Translations under genes and position numbers: made by a program | Shown: positions 42,201 through 52,300 of the stretch, in pieces | How the letters are laid out: every line of letters starts with the position of its first letter | Position numbering within the stretch: position 1 is the stretch's first letter | Notes under the pieces: model-generated | Databases searched by the model: none | The model's input: the letters and a program-made list of their open reading frames with translations, nothing else | Told to the model about the DNA's origin: nothing | DNA from: Antedon mediterranea | Taxonomy: Eukaryota > Animalia > Echinodermata | Reading direction: 5' to 3' | Length of the DNA: 64,000 bases | Assembly: GCF_964355755.1 (NCBI RefSeq) | Contig: NC_092671.1 | Coordinates: forward strand, 25,494,070-25,558,069

Positions 42201-43521
42201 CTCTCATGTGGGAACGTTACTAAACGTACTACTGTCATCATTTTATTTACTAATACTAATTTGTATTATAATTCAGTAATTTATCTCTTAACTTTAGTTA
42301 TAAATAAATTAACAAATATCACAAATTATTAAAAATAGACATGATATAGTAATAATGATATAATGTTGAACTGAAAGTAATATTTGTAGGCTTGTTGTTC
42401 ACAAGGATTTCAAAGATTATGAAATATATAGTCACCAGACATCTAACAGGAAATTAAAGTCACTTCTAAATCTGTCAATTTTAGAAACAGATGTTAAAAC
42501 GGTTAACACTATAAAACATCTTTATTGGATAACTTTGATAAAAGGTTTTATATAATTTCCAATATTATATAGGTCAATATTCACACATATACTTTATCAC
42601 AATGTAAATTGTTACATGGTTACAGTATCTTCCAGGATAATCTTACAGATTATCCGTTATCACACGGGAGTTTTGTCACTGTGTGATTTACAAGGAAGAT
42701 TCGTTCACATATGCATACAGCGCACCACCACTGTGTTACATTGCTGTTTCATGTAATCTTTACATAGGCCTTGCTGAAACATGTACAGTTTTAATAACTT
42801 ATTTGTTTCGGTATCATTTATGTAGAACACAGAAACGCTTTCACATTGTAAAAACTCATATGAAGGATAATGTGTATTGCGTAGACTGATTGATTTAGCC
42901 ATAAACATGATGAAGCATGTAAGATTTCCGAATCACTCCAAGATTTTACATCGGTATAACTTTCACACGTTTATACTGTACCATGTAACAATTTGTATAA
43001 CAACATTTGAGTAGTGTATTACTTATTTGACCAGTATCTTTATCTGAATACATTTTTGGGACACTCTTATTCAAAGAATGAAGGCATTAAACGATGATGG
43101 AAAATAGGCTTTAAGATAAGAGAAGAATGTTTATTAAGGGGCACTTTGTTTGGTCCCGCAGGGCTTTTTACTGTATTAAATATAGTTTTTAAATTATACG
43201 AGAAGTTTATTACTTACCTATAATTTTCTGTTTAACAAGTTGCTTAAGGAGTCTGGTTGGTCCGCATTTTGTGACCAGTTTGCAGCATTCCGGGAGGAAC
43301 GCACGCATCTCTGGTGCCTTAAACACTTCCACTAAGGCCTTAAGGCGCTCATCATCTGGCCAAAGAGACTCAAAAGAGACCAGTTGGTCTCCATATTGGA
43401 ATGGATGGCACTTGAGACTTGGTCGCCAGAATGCATTGCAGATGTTGATGTCTGCATTCTGCTGTACTGGTGAGGTCTGATAAATGTCAATGGATTCCAA
43501 TGATACTGTTCTAACATTCAT
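18298..43521 (-). CDS. Multi-ankyrin-repeat protein; 21 coding exons, about 1110 aa
   Basis: Phase-consistent exons: 43218-43521, 35117-35236, 32846-33021, 32573-32645, 31452-31579, 31160-31263, 30889-31045, 30213-30307, 29373-29436, 27367-27552, 25749-26000, 25097-25337, 24423-24622, 24044-24186, 23161-23252, 22402-22734, 22058-22126, 21591-21707, 20540-20757, 19388-19509, 18298-18436 (3333 nt). ANK motifs include GSTLLHLSC, GLTPLCLAA, KWTPLHYAA, GNTLIMAAA, GRTALTIA, GMTPLQYAC, GNTPLMVAC, GSTCLHRAV and GLTPLHLAC. No orthologue recognised. Confidence 0.87.
19852..20185 (+). mobile_element. tRNA-derived Deu/Nin-domain SINE (different 3' tail)
   Basis: A-box-like CTGAGCGGTTAAG, B-box GGTTCGAGGC, body nearly identical to 6150-6320; (AAAT)n/(AAACTT)n tail. 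Confidence 0.8.
27598..28900 (-). mobile_element. Non-autonomous Helitron
   Basis: On the minus strand it starts A|TCTATATATAAA (28900) and ends in the hairpin CTAGATGGTACGC-N11-GCGTACCATCTAG|T (27634-27598). This gives a 5'-TC, a 3'-CTAG, insertion between A and T, and no TSD. Internal degenerate CACTCACAGTAA repeats. Confidence 0.7.
28901..29335. repeat. Degenerate (GAT/GGT)n low-complexity tract
   Basis: TGATGGTGGTATGG-type repeats abutting the Helitron 5' end. Confidence 0.9.
30600..30772 (-). mobile_element. Same SINE family, 5' part, reverse orientation
   Basis: The reverse complement gives the full tRNA-like head GCAAGTGAGTGGCGAGGGGTTAAGACAGTGGAACCG...GGTTCGGAGGCTCACTCGCTC...CTCGGATAAGGACTATAAAC. 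Confidence 0.75.
32010..32048 (+). mobile_element. Helentron/HINE-type 3' terminus
   Basis: GGCGGAGGTATGCACTCTCGGAGTGGCTTTCTAGTT: short CACTC/GAGTG hairpin then CTAGTT, a terminus typical of this group. Confidence 0.5.
32050..32560. repeat. Degenerate 15-bp repeat (CTTGTAAAGAGTGTT)
   Basis: Five near-perfect copies at 32276-32362 with decayed copies on both sides. Confidence 0.85.
35287..36920. repeat. 34-bp minisatellite (CCACCATATCCACCACTATCAAGGACAAYGGTAC), about 48 copies
   Basis: Highly homogeneous tandem array about 50 nt from an ankyrin exon acceptor; stop-free in all three + frames. Confidence 0.98.
36921..37500. repeat. 62-bp minisatellite containing the 34-bp unit plus a hairpin
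   Basis: ACCTGCTAAGGCGGTAGCAGTGTTACAGTACCACCATATCCACCACTATCAAGGACAACGGT, 9 full copies plus one partial; CTGCTA/TAGCAG stem. Confidence 0.97.
37810..39137. mobile_element. Probable Helentron-associated (HINE-like) non-autonomous element
   Basis: CpG-richer interior ending in an (AAG)n microsatellite and an 11-bp stem GGTGATCATTT-N5-AAATGATCACC (about 39107-39133). The left boundary is uncertain. Confidence 0.4.
42604..42997. mobile_element. MITE-like element
   Basis: Inverted termini AAATTGTTACATGGTTACAGTAT / ATACTGTACCATGTAACAATTT. Confidence 0.5.
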
Positions 43522-44563
43522 GTTGCTTGCCACAGATACAGAATTAGACAATGATAAAACAATATACAGAGTCTGTATGGTAACTCCTGGTAGTTAGCTT
43601 GAATAGCATTTCTTTGATTAAATATTTCACCATTGTAAAACTATAGGAATAACTTTTAGTTTTGAGGATCTCTAGTAGTTAGCTAAGCATGTGTACATTA
43701 TATTAGTCATCCTGAGAACGTTGTATGACAGCAACCGATCTCTGTAAAACATCACATTCTTCTATTTGAAAACACATCCTTAAAATAAAATGATAAATTT
43801 GTAAATGGAATATGTTGATTTTATTATAAATTAAGCTTGTAAATGTGTGTATTTCTGGCCTCTTGTGAATGTTAACAAAAACATGGCATATCTGATAAGA
43901 TTTTTCGTTGAGTACAGATATGGTTTTTTAAACTCATTTTAAGTCAAAATAATATAAAAATACAGTACAGTACTATACTGTTTTCAATCGAATGCCAATA
44001 ATTCATATTATTAAAGTAGAACCCCTGTTTTGGGTCCCTTTCAAAAGTTACTAGATATAAGGGGGTCTCATTAAAACGATTGAGGGGAAATGGTCTAACA
44101 CTAAATTTTAACCAAAAAAACTACTTTATAAAACTAGTTAAAACACCATATAATGGTTTAAAAATTTATAGTACAGAAAATAAAACTATTATTATTAACA
44201 AGATTTCTTTTTAAAGTTTAGAATTTACCATTAAAAATATTTACAATATTAGGTATAAATAAATATTAAATATCAATCTATAAAAAGCTAGCTAGGCCTC
44301 CTAGAGCTAGTGGTTATATATTATTATTAAATATTATTGACTAGCGTTTGAAATGACCAGATGACCACATGAATCGGAAACCTAAAAAAACTGATAGGCG
44401 GGATACAACTCGTAAAGACAAATTCAATGTTGTTTTTTTATGTTATGGGGCATGAATGGATAAAAATAATCCAGGCCTGAGGCCTACTGCAGCAAGGTAG
44501 CTTGCTACTACTACTAATGTAATGGCTTCCTTATAGCTGCTGCTGAGTTATATATGAACTCAC

Positions 44564-44760
44564 CTGGCTGGGCTGGCTACCACACTGACTGAACTGTATA
44601 CACTAGCTAGACCGACATAAAATATCTTCTTCAGTTGCTGATAAACGTTCAGTATATATTCTCTGCTAATGTGAATATGAGAAATCTGTCAAAATCATAC
44701 GTTACGAGGGTGTTTTGCCAACAACAAGAAGGCGGAAGTTCTTTGATTTGCCGTGTTTTG
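44564..44760 (-). promoter_or_regulatory. Probable non-coding first exon / promoter of the ankyrin gene
   Basis: Strong donor CAG|GTGAGT at 44564 on the minus strand with no usable ORF upstream; ETS-like GGCGGAAGT at about 44731; CTAG/AGGCCT-rich sequence just downstream. The 5' boundary is a guess. Confidence 0.4.
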
Positions 44761-45305
44761 TTTACTATTCAATTCAGTTTAAAGATCACACGTTTCTACA
44801 ACCAAATCACTGATGCATGACCATATCAACATCACATGCCCATTACTGTATTTTTTTTTTAAATTTTAACTCTTTAAAATAAAAGGCCTTAATAAAAATT
44901 ACAGGTACAGTAAATTTAAAATTACGAAATAATATTAAATTTGTTGTATTTTTATTCAACAGTGTTGTTTGGATTGGACAAGGTATTTGACAAATATTAT
45001 AGTGAACTATAAACATATCTAGTCTATAATACATAATTAATAAATAAAAAAATCCGCCAAACAATCAGCCTAACTGTATTATATAAAGTATCATAAAAAA
45101 ATCATTGTCCCATGAGGCTTAAAGTAAAATGTCATGCCTTCGATCAGGCATGCTTATTCATTGAAGTTTGGATTTAATATATATATATATATATAAACAC
45201 AAGAGGCAAAGAACATTAATTCTAAACCGCCCGGTGATATACTGAAATTTAATTAATTAATTTGAAACGATAAAGATGAGGAAATCTGTGAGAATGAGAA
45301 AAAGT

Positions 45306-45377
45306 CGCCCCAACCGAGACTCGAACTCGGACCGCCTGCTTGATATGCAGATGTCCTAACCATTAGACCACTGGGGC
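45306..45377 (-). tRNA. tRNA-like gene with anticodon ATC (Asp isotype by anticodon); possibly a pseudogene or repeat-derived
   Basis: GCCCCAG TG GTCT AATGGTTA GGAC A TCTGC ATATCAA GCAGG CGGT CCGAG TTCGAGT CTCGG TTGGGGC G: 72 nt, all four stems pair, A and B boxes intact, discriminator G, TTTTT 2 nt downstream. Confidence 0.65.
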
Positions 45378-45605
45378 TTTCATGGTATTGTTCGAACTCG
45401 ATTATATATACACTTATCATCATGGAAGTGTTTTAAATATGAACAAAAGGGTGATCATTTATCATTGAATGGAAAACTGAAGTCAGTGCAGCTACAAGCC
45501 ATAATGATTTTATTAGTGTACTTATTAATTAAGAAACGATAACAGAAAGTAAATAAATCTATAGTTTGAAATATTGACTTTCAGATACTGCATTTGTTTG
45601 TGGTT

Positions 45606-46000
45606 TCTAAGTCACACTGTAAATGGTAGAACATGGGCATCAGCATGCATGTGTGATAAAAACGTGTCTAAGTCACACTGTAAATGGTGGAACATGGGCA
45701 TCAGCATGAGTGTGAGTGTCTATAAAAACGTGTCTAAGTCACACTGTAAATGGTGGAACATGGGCATCAGCATGAGTGTGAGTGTCTATAAAAACGTGTC
45801 TAAGTCACACTGTAAATGGTGGAACATGGGCATCAGCATGAGTGTGAGTGTCTATAAAAACGTGTCTAAGTCACACTGTAAATGGTGGAACATGGGCATC
45901 AGCATGAGTGTGAGTGTCTATAAAAACGTGTCTAAGTCACACTGTAAATGGTGGAACATCGGCATCAGCATGCGTGTGAGTGTCTATAAAAACGTGTCTA
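45606..46000. repeat. 66-bp tandem repeat, about 6 copies
   Basis: TCTAAGTCACACTGTAAATGGTGGAACATGGGCATCAGCATGAGTGTGAGTGTCTATAAAAACGTG; explains ORF 45574-46035. Confidence 0.95.
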
Positions 46001-46092
46001 GGTTTCAGTGTGAATCCTATTGCTTATTTATTTGAGTAGAATTCCCAAGCTAGGTGGTATTTTAAATCAGGTCGCCGATACAATTCATTTCT

Positions 46093-46437
46093 TTCAAGAA
46101 AAGACTTCTGGAGAACACCGGACATTCAAGAAAAGACTTCTGGTGAACACGAGACATTCAAGAAAAGACTGGTGAACACCAGACATTCAAGAAAAGACAT
46201 CTGGTGAACACCAGCCATTCAAGAAAAGACATCTGGTTGACACACCAGCCATTCAAGAAAAGTCATCTGGTGAACATCAGACATTCAATCAAGAAAAGAC
46301 ATCTGGTGAACACACAGCCATTCAAGAAAAGACATCTGGTGAACACACAGCCATTCAAGAAAAGACTTCTGGGGAACACCAGCCATTCAAGAAAAGACAT
46401 CTGGTGAACACCAGACATTCAAGAAAAGACTTCTGAC
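46093..46437. repeat. About 31-33-bp tandem repeat
   Basis: TTCAAGAAAAGACATCTGGTGAACACCAGCCA, about 11 copies. Confidence 0.92.
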
Positions 46438-46770
46438 CCCATCCTCCAGATGTGCCATTGATTGAAATAGTCTTAAATCAACATACAGGTACAACATATT
46501 TTCAATCAAGTCTTGCAACATAAAACATAAAGTACATCGGCAAAAACATTGAGATACATTTTAATGTGGCTTTTATTGGACAAAAACCTTTTTATATCAT
46601 TTACGGTACATAAGAACAAAATGTCATTAAAAAAATGATTGAAACAAAGCAAATATTTTAATTTTTGCATATCAAATCATTCAGTTTGGTTACTATAGTT
46701 AATATATCCAAAAATAATATCACTAAAGTATAATGGAATTAGGCAACTGAACATAAATTTATCGACACAA

Positions 46771-46999
46771 AGGCCAGTACGCACTGAACATCTAGACACG
46801 AAGCGACAAGCAGAAAGCGTCAAAACGAAGAAGCGAGTTGCACAAAAGTTTTTCAAAGAGAAGTCACTCGCGAGCCTTTGTGAGCTCGAAATGCAGTTCT
46901 TGAAGTTAAAAATCGCCTGACGCATTCGATTGGATGTTCGCACTGAAATCATTCGTTGCATCAAAATTCATGTGTAAATTGTCCAGTGTGAACTAGCCT
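46771..46999. mobile_element. Diverged Harbinger-like MITE
   Basis: Imperfect TIR AGGCCAGTACGCACTGAACA / TGTCCAGTGTGAACTAGCCT, followed by TTA. Confidence 0.5.
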
Positions 47000-47051
47000 T
47001 TAAAGCAACTGAACCAGCCTTTAAAGCAACTGAACCCGACTGACTCAAGTA

Positions 47052-47178
47052 AAGCACTGCCTACAAGTGTGATGCGGGTGATATGCCCAAATATGGTAGT
47101 GATAAATCATTATGTTGTCCATATATGGGTACATCACATTTCTTGTCACATCAAGTTGGATAGTGTAGGCAGAGCTTA
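47052..47178. mobile_element. Short interspersed MITE family (GCTCTGTCTACAC...GATAGTGTAGACAGAGC)
   Basis: Related copies at about 9048-9150, 24960-25057 and 48290-48370 share GTGATGTGCCCAAATATGGTAGTGATA. Confidence 0.6.
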
Positions 47179-47669
47179 GTAACACAATGGCAGGTATTAG
47201 TTGAGTTGCTTTCAGTTGCAGGTCGACACATGCTTTAGTGCAATTCAAAATCACCTTTAAATAACTTTAAGGGTGAAAATTTATTATATTTTTGTAAAAT
47301 CTTATGCAAAATAATCTAATAAATCTTAAATGATCTTACGAACTGACATATAAAAGGTAAAACACAGAAAATCGAAAAAGTTTGTAACTTGCATAATTAA
47401 AAATTGAAAGTTAGATGGGATATGGTAGTACAAATTATAAGCACCCATAAACTACTGTTGTAGTATTCAAAATAGTAGTATTAACAGTAGGTATATTGAA
47501 TCCTAGATGTGTTTCATTGCTTGGATTTATGTACAGCAGAAACCCTATTAAGGGAACAACTTTGGGACTGAAAAAAGTATCCTCTTAATAGGGATGTCCC
47601 TTGAAAATGGGTTTGCCATAATGTTACATATATTTCCCCTTGTATGCTTCACAGGGAAGTGTTCCCTAA

Positions 47670-48064
47670 AGGCCCATTTACACTAGGACGATAACGATGG
47701 ACGATAAATATATAAACATGCATTTTTTTACATAAAACAAAATAAAGAAAGGTTTTCGTTCTAGAACTATAGGATAATCATTTATGCTGTCTTTGATGAA
47801 AATAATATTTTTAAAATTCCAATCAAATGACGTCATGATAAATAAAAACAATAAAATCGTTGTATTGTCACGATATTATTGCTCTTACTAATCATGACGT
47901 CATTTGATTGAACGTGTGAAAATATCATTTTCATCAAAGGAAGCATAGAAGGTTATTCTAAAGTTCTAGAATGAAAAGTTTTTATATTTCTTTTGTTTTA
48001 TGTATGAAAAATGCACATTTGTCTATTTATCGTCCATCGTTATCGTCCTAGTGTAAATGGGCCT
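47670..48064. mobile_element. Palindromic Harbinger-like MITE
   Basis: Perfect TIR of about 39 bp AGGCCCATTTACACTAGGACGATAACGATGGACGATAAA, with imperfect symmetry continuing to the centre; flanked by TAA/TTA; nested in a GTCCCTTAATAGGG-type repeat. Confidence 0.85.
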
Positions 48065-49360
48065 TTAATAGGGATTTCTCCTGAATTTGGTGGTTTCAAA
48101 AGATAGGTTCCACTATATTATACATTCTTTCATACCAAAATATATGATACAAACCATTAAAACATCAAATAAATTAGAAACTCTAAATAGCAGTTGGCTG
48201 TACTGTGTGTTCAATTAATAAATGTGAGTGTTCAGATGGACGGTTCTGCTGTATCATATATTCTTTCAATAATTATTCCTTATTGTTAAGCTCTGTCTTG
48301 TAATGTGATACATCATCATGTCTATATATGAGAACATCACATTGTTTTGTCACATAAAGTTTGATAGTGTTAATGTATTTAGTTTAGGGAAAATGATGGA
48401 AACAAGGAAATGTGACCTAAGAACAATTTAAATAAACTAAGAAGGAATAAATTTAAAACTAATTCCTCCTTGAATTACATACACAAGTGAATAAACAAAA
48501 TATGAACAGTGAAAATATTTAGATTGCTGTGCACACACTTAGAAATTTAATATATAGAAGAAACAAAATGTTATTCTCACAAATAATGTAATCCATTTGA
48601 TATAGAATTATAAAAAGATTTTTTTCTATGTTGCTTTTCACTGATAGTAAAGTCAGTAATATTAGATACAACTTCTTGGTAAATTTATATCTAAATAGCT
48701 TCTCCATACTTTAACAACTCTTGTAATATAGCAAACTTGACAGCAAGCAACTACATGGCTATTGAGTTCAGCAGTCATTCTGCGTTGGCTCCTCTTTTTG
48801 AGTGTGCACAGAATAACTTTTCGACTCGATGGTCACCATTTGCATGACACGACAAGCACTACAAAGCGATTGATCCCAAATTATTCTGTGCAGGTTCACA
48901 TGTTTCTGAGAGTGTGCAAAATGACTTTTGACACGATAGTCACGTAGTATACTATACATGTCATGAAAACAAAATGTCGTCAAATTCTGAAGAACTACTT
49001 TTAGAAATTCATATTGAAATTGAATGTCACATGGTATCATGATGTCACATGGTATCATGATGTCACATGGTATCATGATGTAATTGGTGCAGAAGTTGTA
49101 TACAGAATACTGAAGCTCTAAAATTAAAAACATCAAAGTACTTGAAAATATATTTCAAATACAATTTTGTGTAAATTTTATCCATTTTAAGGTCCCTATA
49201 TTGAAATATACTTTTTGGATTAATTGTTTAAAACTTTATCACAATTATTGTTATTGCCTAGTTAAATTGGATCAACTATAAACTACTACACATTTTCTTA
49301 ATACCCATAATTTAGCTGTTAATGAAAGCAGATCAAAATATTTTAAAAGCAAGATTTGTT

Positions 49361-52300
49361 TTAGTTTAGTTTGATTGCTCCTCTGCTTCGCCCTTTTGGA
49401 ACCTGTCTCCAGAATATGCTGGAACCTCGTTTCAGATCACCCTAGATAAAAAAAATATTAAATGTATTACTAATTAAATCGATGTACTATCTACTGTACT
49501 AGAAATGAACCAGTCTACACTTACACAAAGTAAAAGAATACACTATGCATTAGCACCTATATTAAGGGGGATACGTTCCGGACAGGACAAAGTGTCCCTT
49601 TAATTGGGGGTCGGCTGTAGTGGTTAAACATGACCTTCATTCGTTTAATATTATTAAAAAAGGTTGATCATTGTGTTAATAGGTGTTCCCTAAATAGGAG
49701 TAAGGTATTGTAAATCAAGTGTATCTACTATAAGGCCATGGGAAATACATGGTTATCGACAGCAGCGGTCAAAATTTAAGTTCATGATTTTGGTAAACTT
49801 TTATCTTTGGATTTTAATCGCATTGAGCAAACATACTGGGTCATAAGTGCGTCTGCAAACCTAGCTTGGGTTAGACCCAGATAGGCTTATAGTTTGATTA
49901 AACAGCAAGACATGCTCCTTAAAATTTATAACCAAAAAAGAAAATATAATTTTTTAGCATCAATATTATTATAAAGACTGAAGTGGACGGATTAACTATA
50001 AACAGACGTATGCGACCATTATTATACACTATAGACCTACTGCAGCCATGTCATATCATGATTATTATAAAGACTGAAGTGGACGGATTAACTTTAAACA
50101 GACGTATGCGACCATTATTATACACGATAGACCTACTGTAGCCATGTCATGTGATGATTATTATAAAGACCGAAGTGGACAGATAAACTATAAACAGACG
50201 TATGCGACCATTATTATACACTATAGACCTACTGCAGCCATGTCATATGATGATTATTAAATTATTATAAAATTTGTTGAGATAATTTTCATACTTTTAA
50301 TATATGTTTTTTTGACGATAATACAAGACAATAGAGTTATTATCTAATTTTAAATATTTAGAGGCCAATATCTAAGAGAAATATCTTTAATATGTTAATT
50401 TTCTCCCTGTTTTTACTTACATCTCTTCGTAGAGCTTCACAACAGTCAAGCCAGTTAGTATATGTTGGCATGTAAGGTTGCCTAGAAGCTGCAAGGCTAA
50501 AAAAAAACAATGAAAATGTCGATGAAAACAAATAGTCCAGGAGTATTAGACAAAAAAAGGGCCAAAGGTAGAAATAAATATGCTAAAGCTGAATTTTTCA
50601 GGATAGGTCCCCAATGTTGTCTGGAACAACATACTAAAAGTCCCCGGGTTTCCCCGTTGTGCTTCAACCTGATTGGGCCATTTTTTTCAAAATGGCGGCC
50701 ATCTTAACATTATTTACCATATTTTGACAACCAGTAGGTGTAAGTAAACAATTTTGGTGTCAAAATACTCAGAAGACCAATATTTATATTCACTGTAATG
50801 GAGAAGTTTTTAAAAAAATGACCGGAAATGCCTGTTTTGACCTTTGACCATAAATTTGGATTATCTCAATATCTCATCAACGACTGGCCGTTGAGAGTTC
50901 AAAATTGTCCCAAATTATTCAGAATGCCCAACTTTCTATTCACTCTAATGAAAGAAGAATACTAAATTCCTTTAGAAACCTTCTATTCTGACCTTTGAAC
51001 TATTGACCTAAGCATATTTTAATTTTATAGACATCTTGGTGATCGATAGGAGTACATAAGCGAAATTGGTGTCAAAATACTCAGAAGACCCATATTTATA
51101 TTCATTATAATGGAAAAGGTTTTAAAAAAATGACCGGAAATGCATGTTTTGAACTTTGACCCTAAATTTGGATTATCTCAATATCTCATCAACGACTGGC
51201 CGTAGAGACTTCAAAGTTGTCCCAAATTATTCGGAATGCCCAACTTTCTATTTACTTTAATGAAAGAAAAGTACCAAAAACCTTTAGAAACCTTCTATTT
51301 TGACCTTTGAACTATTGACATAGGCATATTTATTTTTATAGACATCTTGGTGATCGATAGGATACGAAATTGGTTTCAAAATTTATAACTTTGACCCTAA
51401 ATTAGGGTTATCTCAATACCGCATCAACTGCTGGCCGTAGAGACTTCAAAATTGTCCTAAATTAAGCAGTGTGCCCAACTCTCTATTCACTGTAGTTAAA
51501 GAAAAATACTAAAAGCCTTTAGAAACCACCTATTTTGCCATTTGAACTATTGATCTGGCCAATACAATATTTTATATCATAATTATATAGAAATCTTGGT
51601 GATCGATAGGAATACATAAGCGAATTTGTTGTCAAAATATTCCAAAACACCCATGTTTTTTTACCTTTGACTTTAATCACTAGATTATAATTTAATAATT
51701 TAAGTCCCAAATAGCATGATGGACATATCATACCATTCATCATGCCATGAGATGTCAAATTTATCTGAAACAGCCTAGAAAAAATGTCCGATGGACGAAT
51801 AATAATATTCATCAATATAGATATGAGGCCATAATTTCAGGTATCAAAGGGTCACAATGTGTCATTTGACAAATCACCTAAATAATAAAATACAATATGA
51901 AACTCTTAAAGATAAATGCAATAATTCTTTTAAAATTAAATTGCATCATATCAGATAAGAATCGGAGGCAGTGGCGTATCCAGGATTTTGAAGTTGGGGG
52001 GGCCGGGAATTGCCAATTTGCCAACAAAATTGGTGTCATTATCTGCTGTACATACACGACGTCTCTGATCAATATATTTTCTAGGATTACATAGTCTATT
52101 GTCTTATATGGGATAACGATGCAAAATTAAAACCAAACCAACATTATCTGTTAGTATGTTATATTCATATTACAATAAAGAAAGAATTAGGAAAATCTGA
52201 TTTGTAGTTTTCGAAATATAGGGTCTAAAACATCGCCGAAAATGATCGTTTTTAGCCACGAAAGAAGTAAAACAATTTGCGGCCTCAGTCGACAATTCTA

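Noticed and set aside
45335-45351. Reading the tRNA loop as TCA (selenocysteine/opal suppressor)
   Set aside because: With the 5-bp stem TCTGC/GCAGG the central triplet of the 7-nt loop is ATC; there is no long variable arm or Sec-type stem geometry.
45574-46035. 153-aa repeat ORF (NVSKSHCKWWNMGISMSVSVYK)n
   Set aside because: Product of a 66-bp tandem repeat with a non-ATG start and no splice or domain support.
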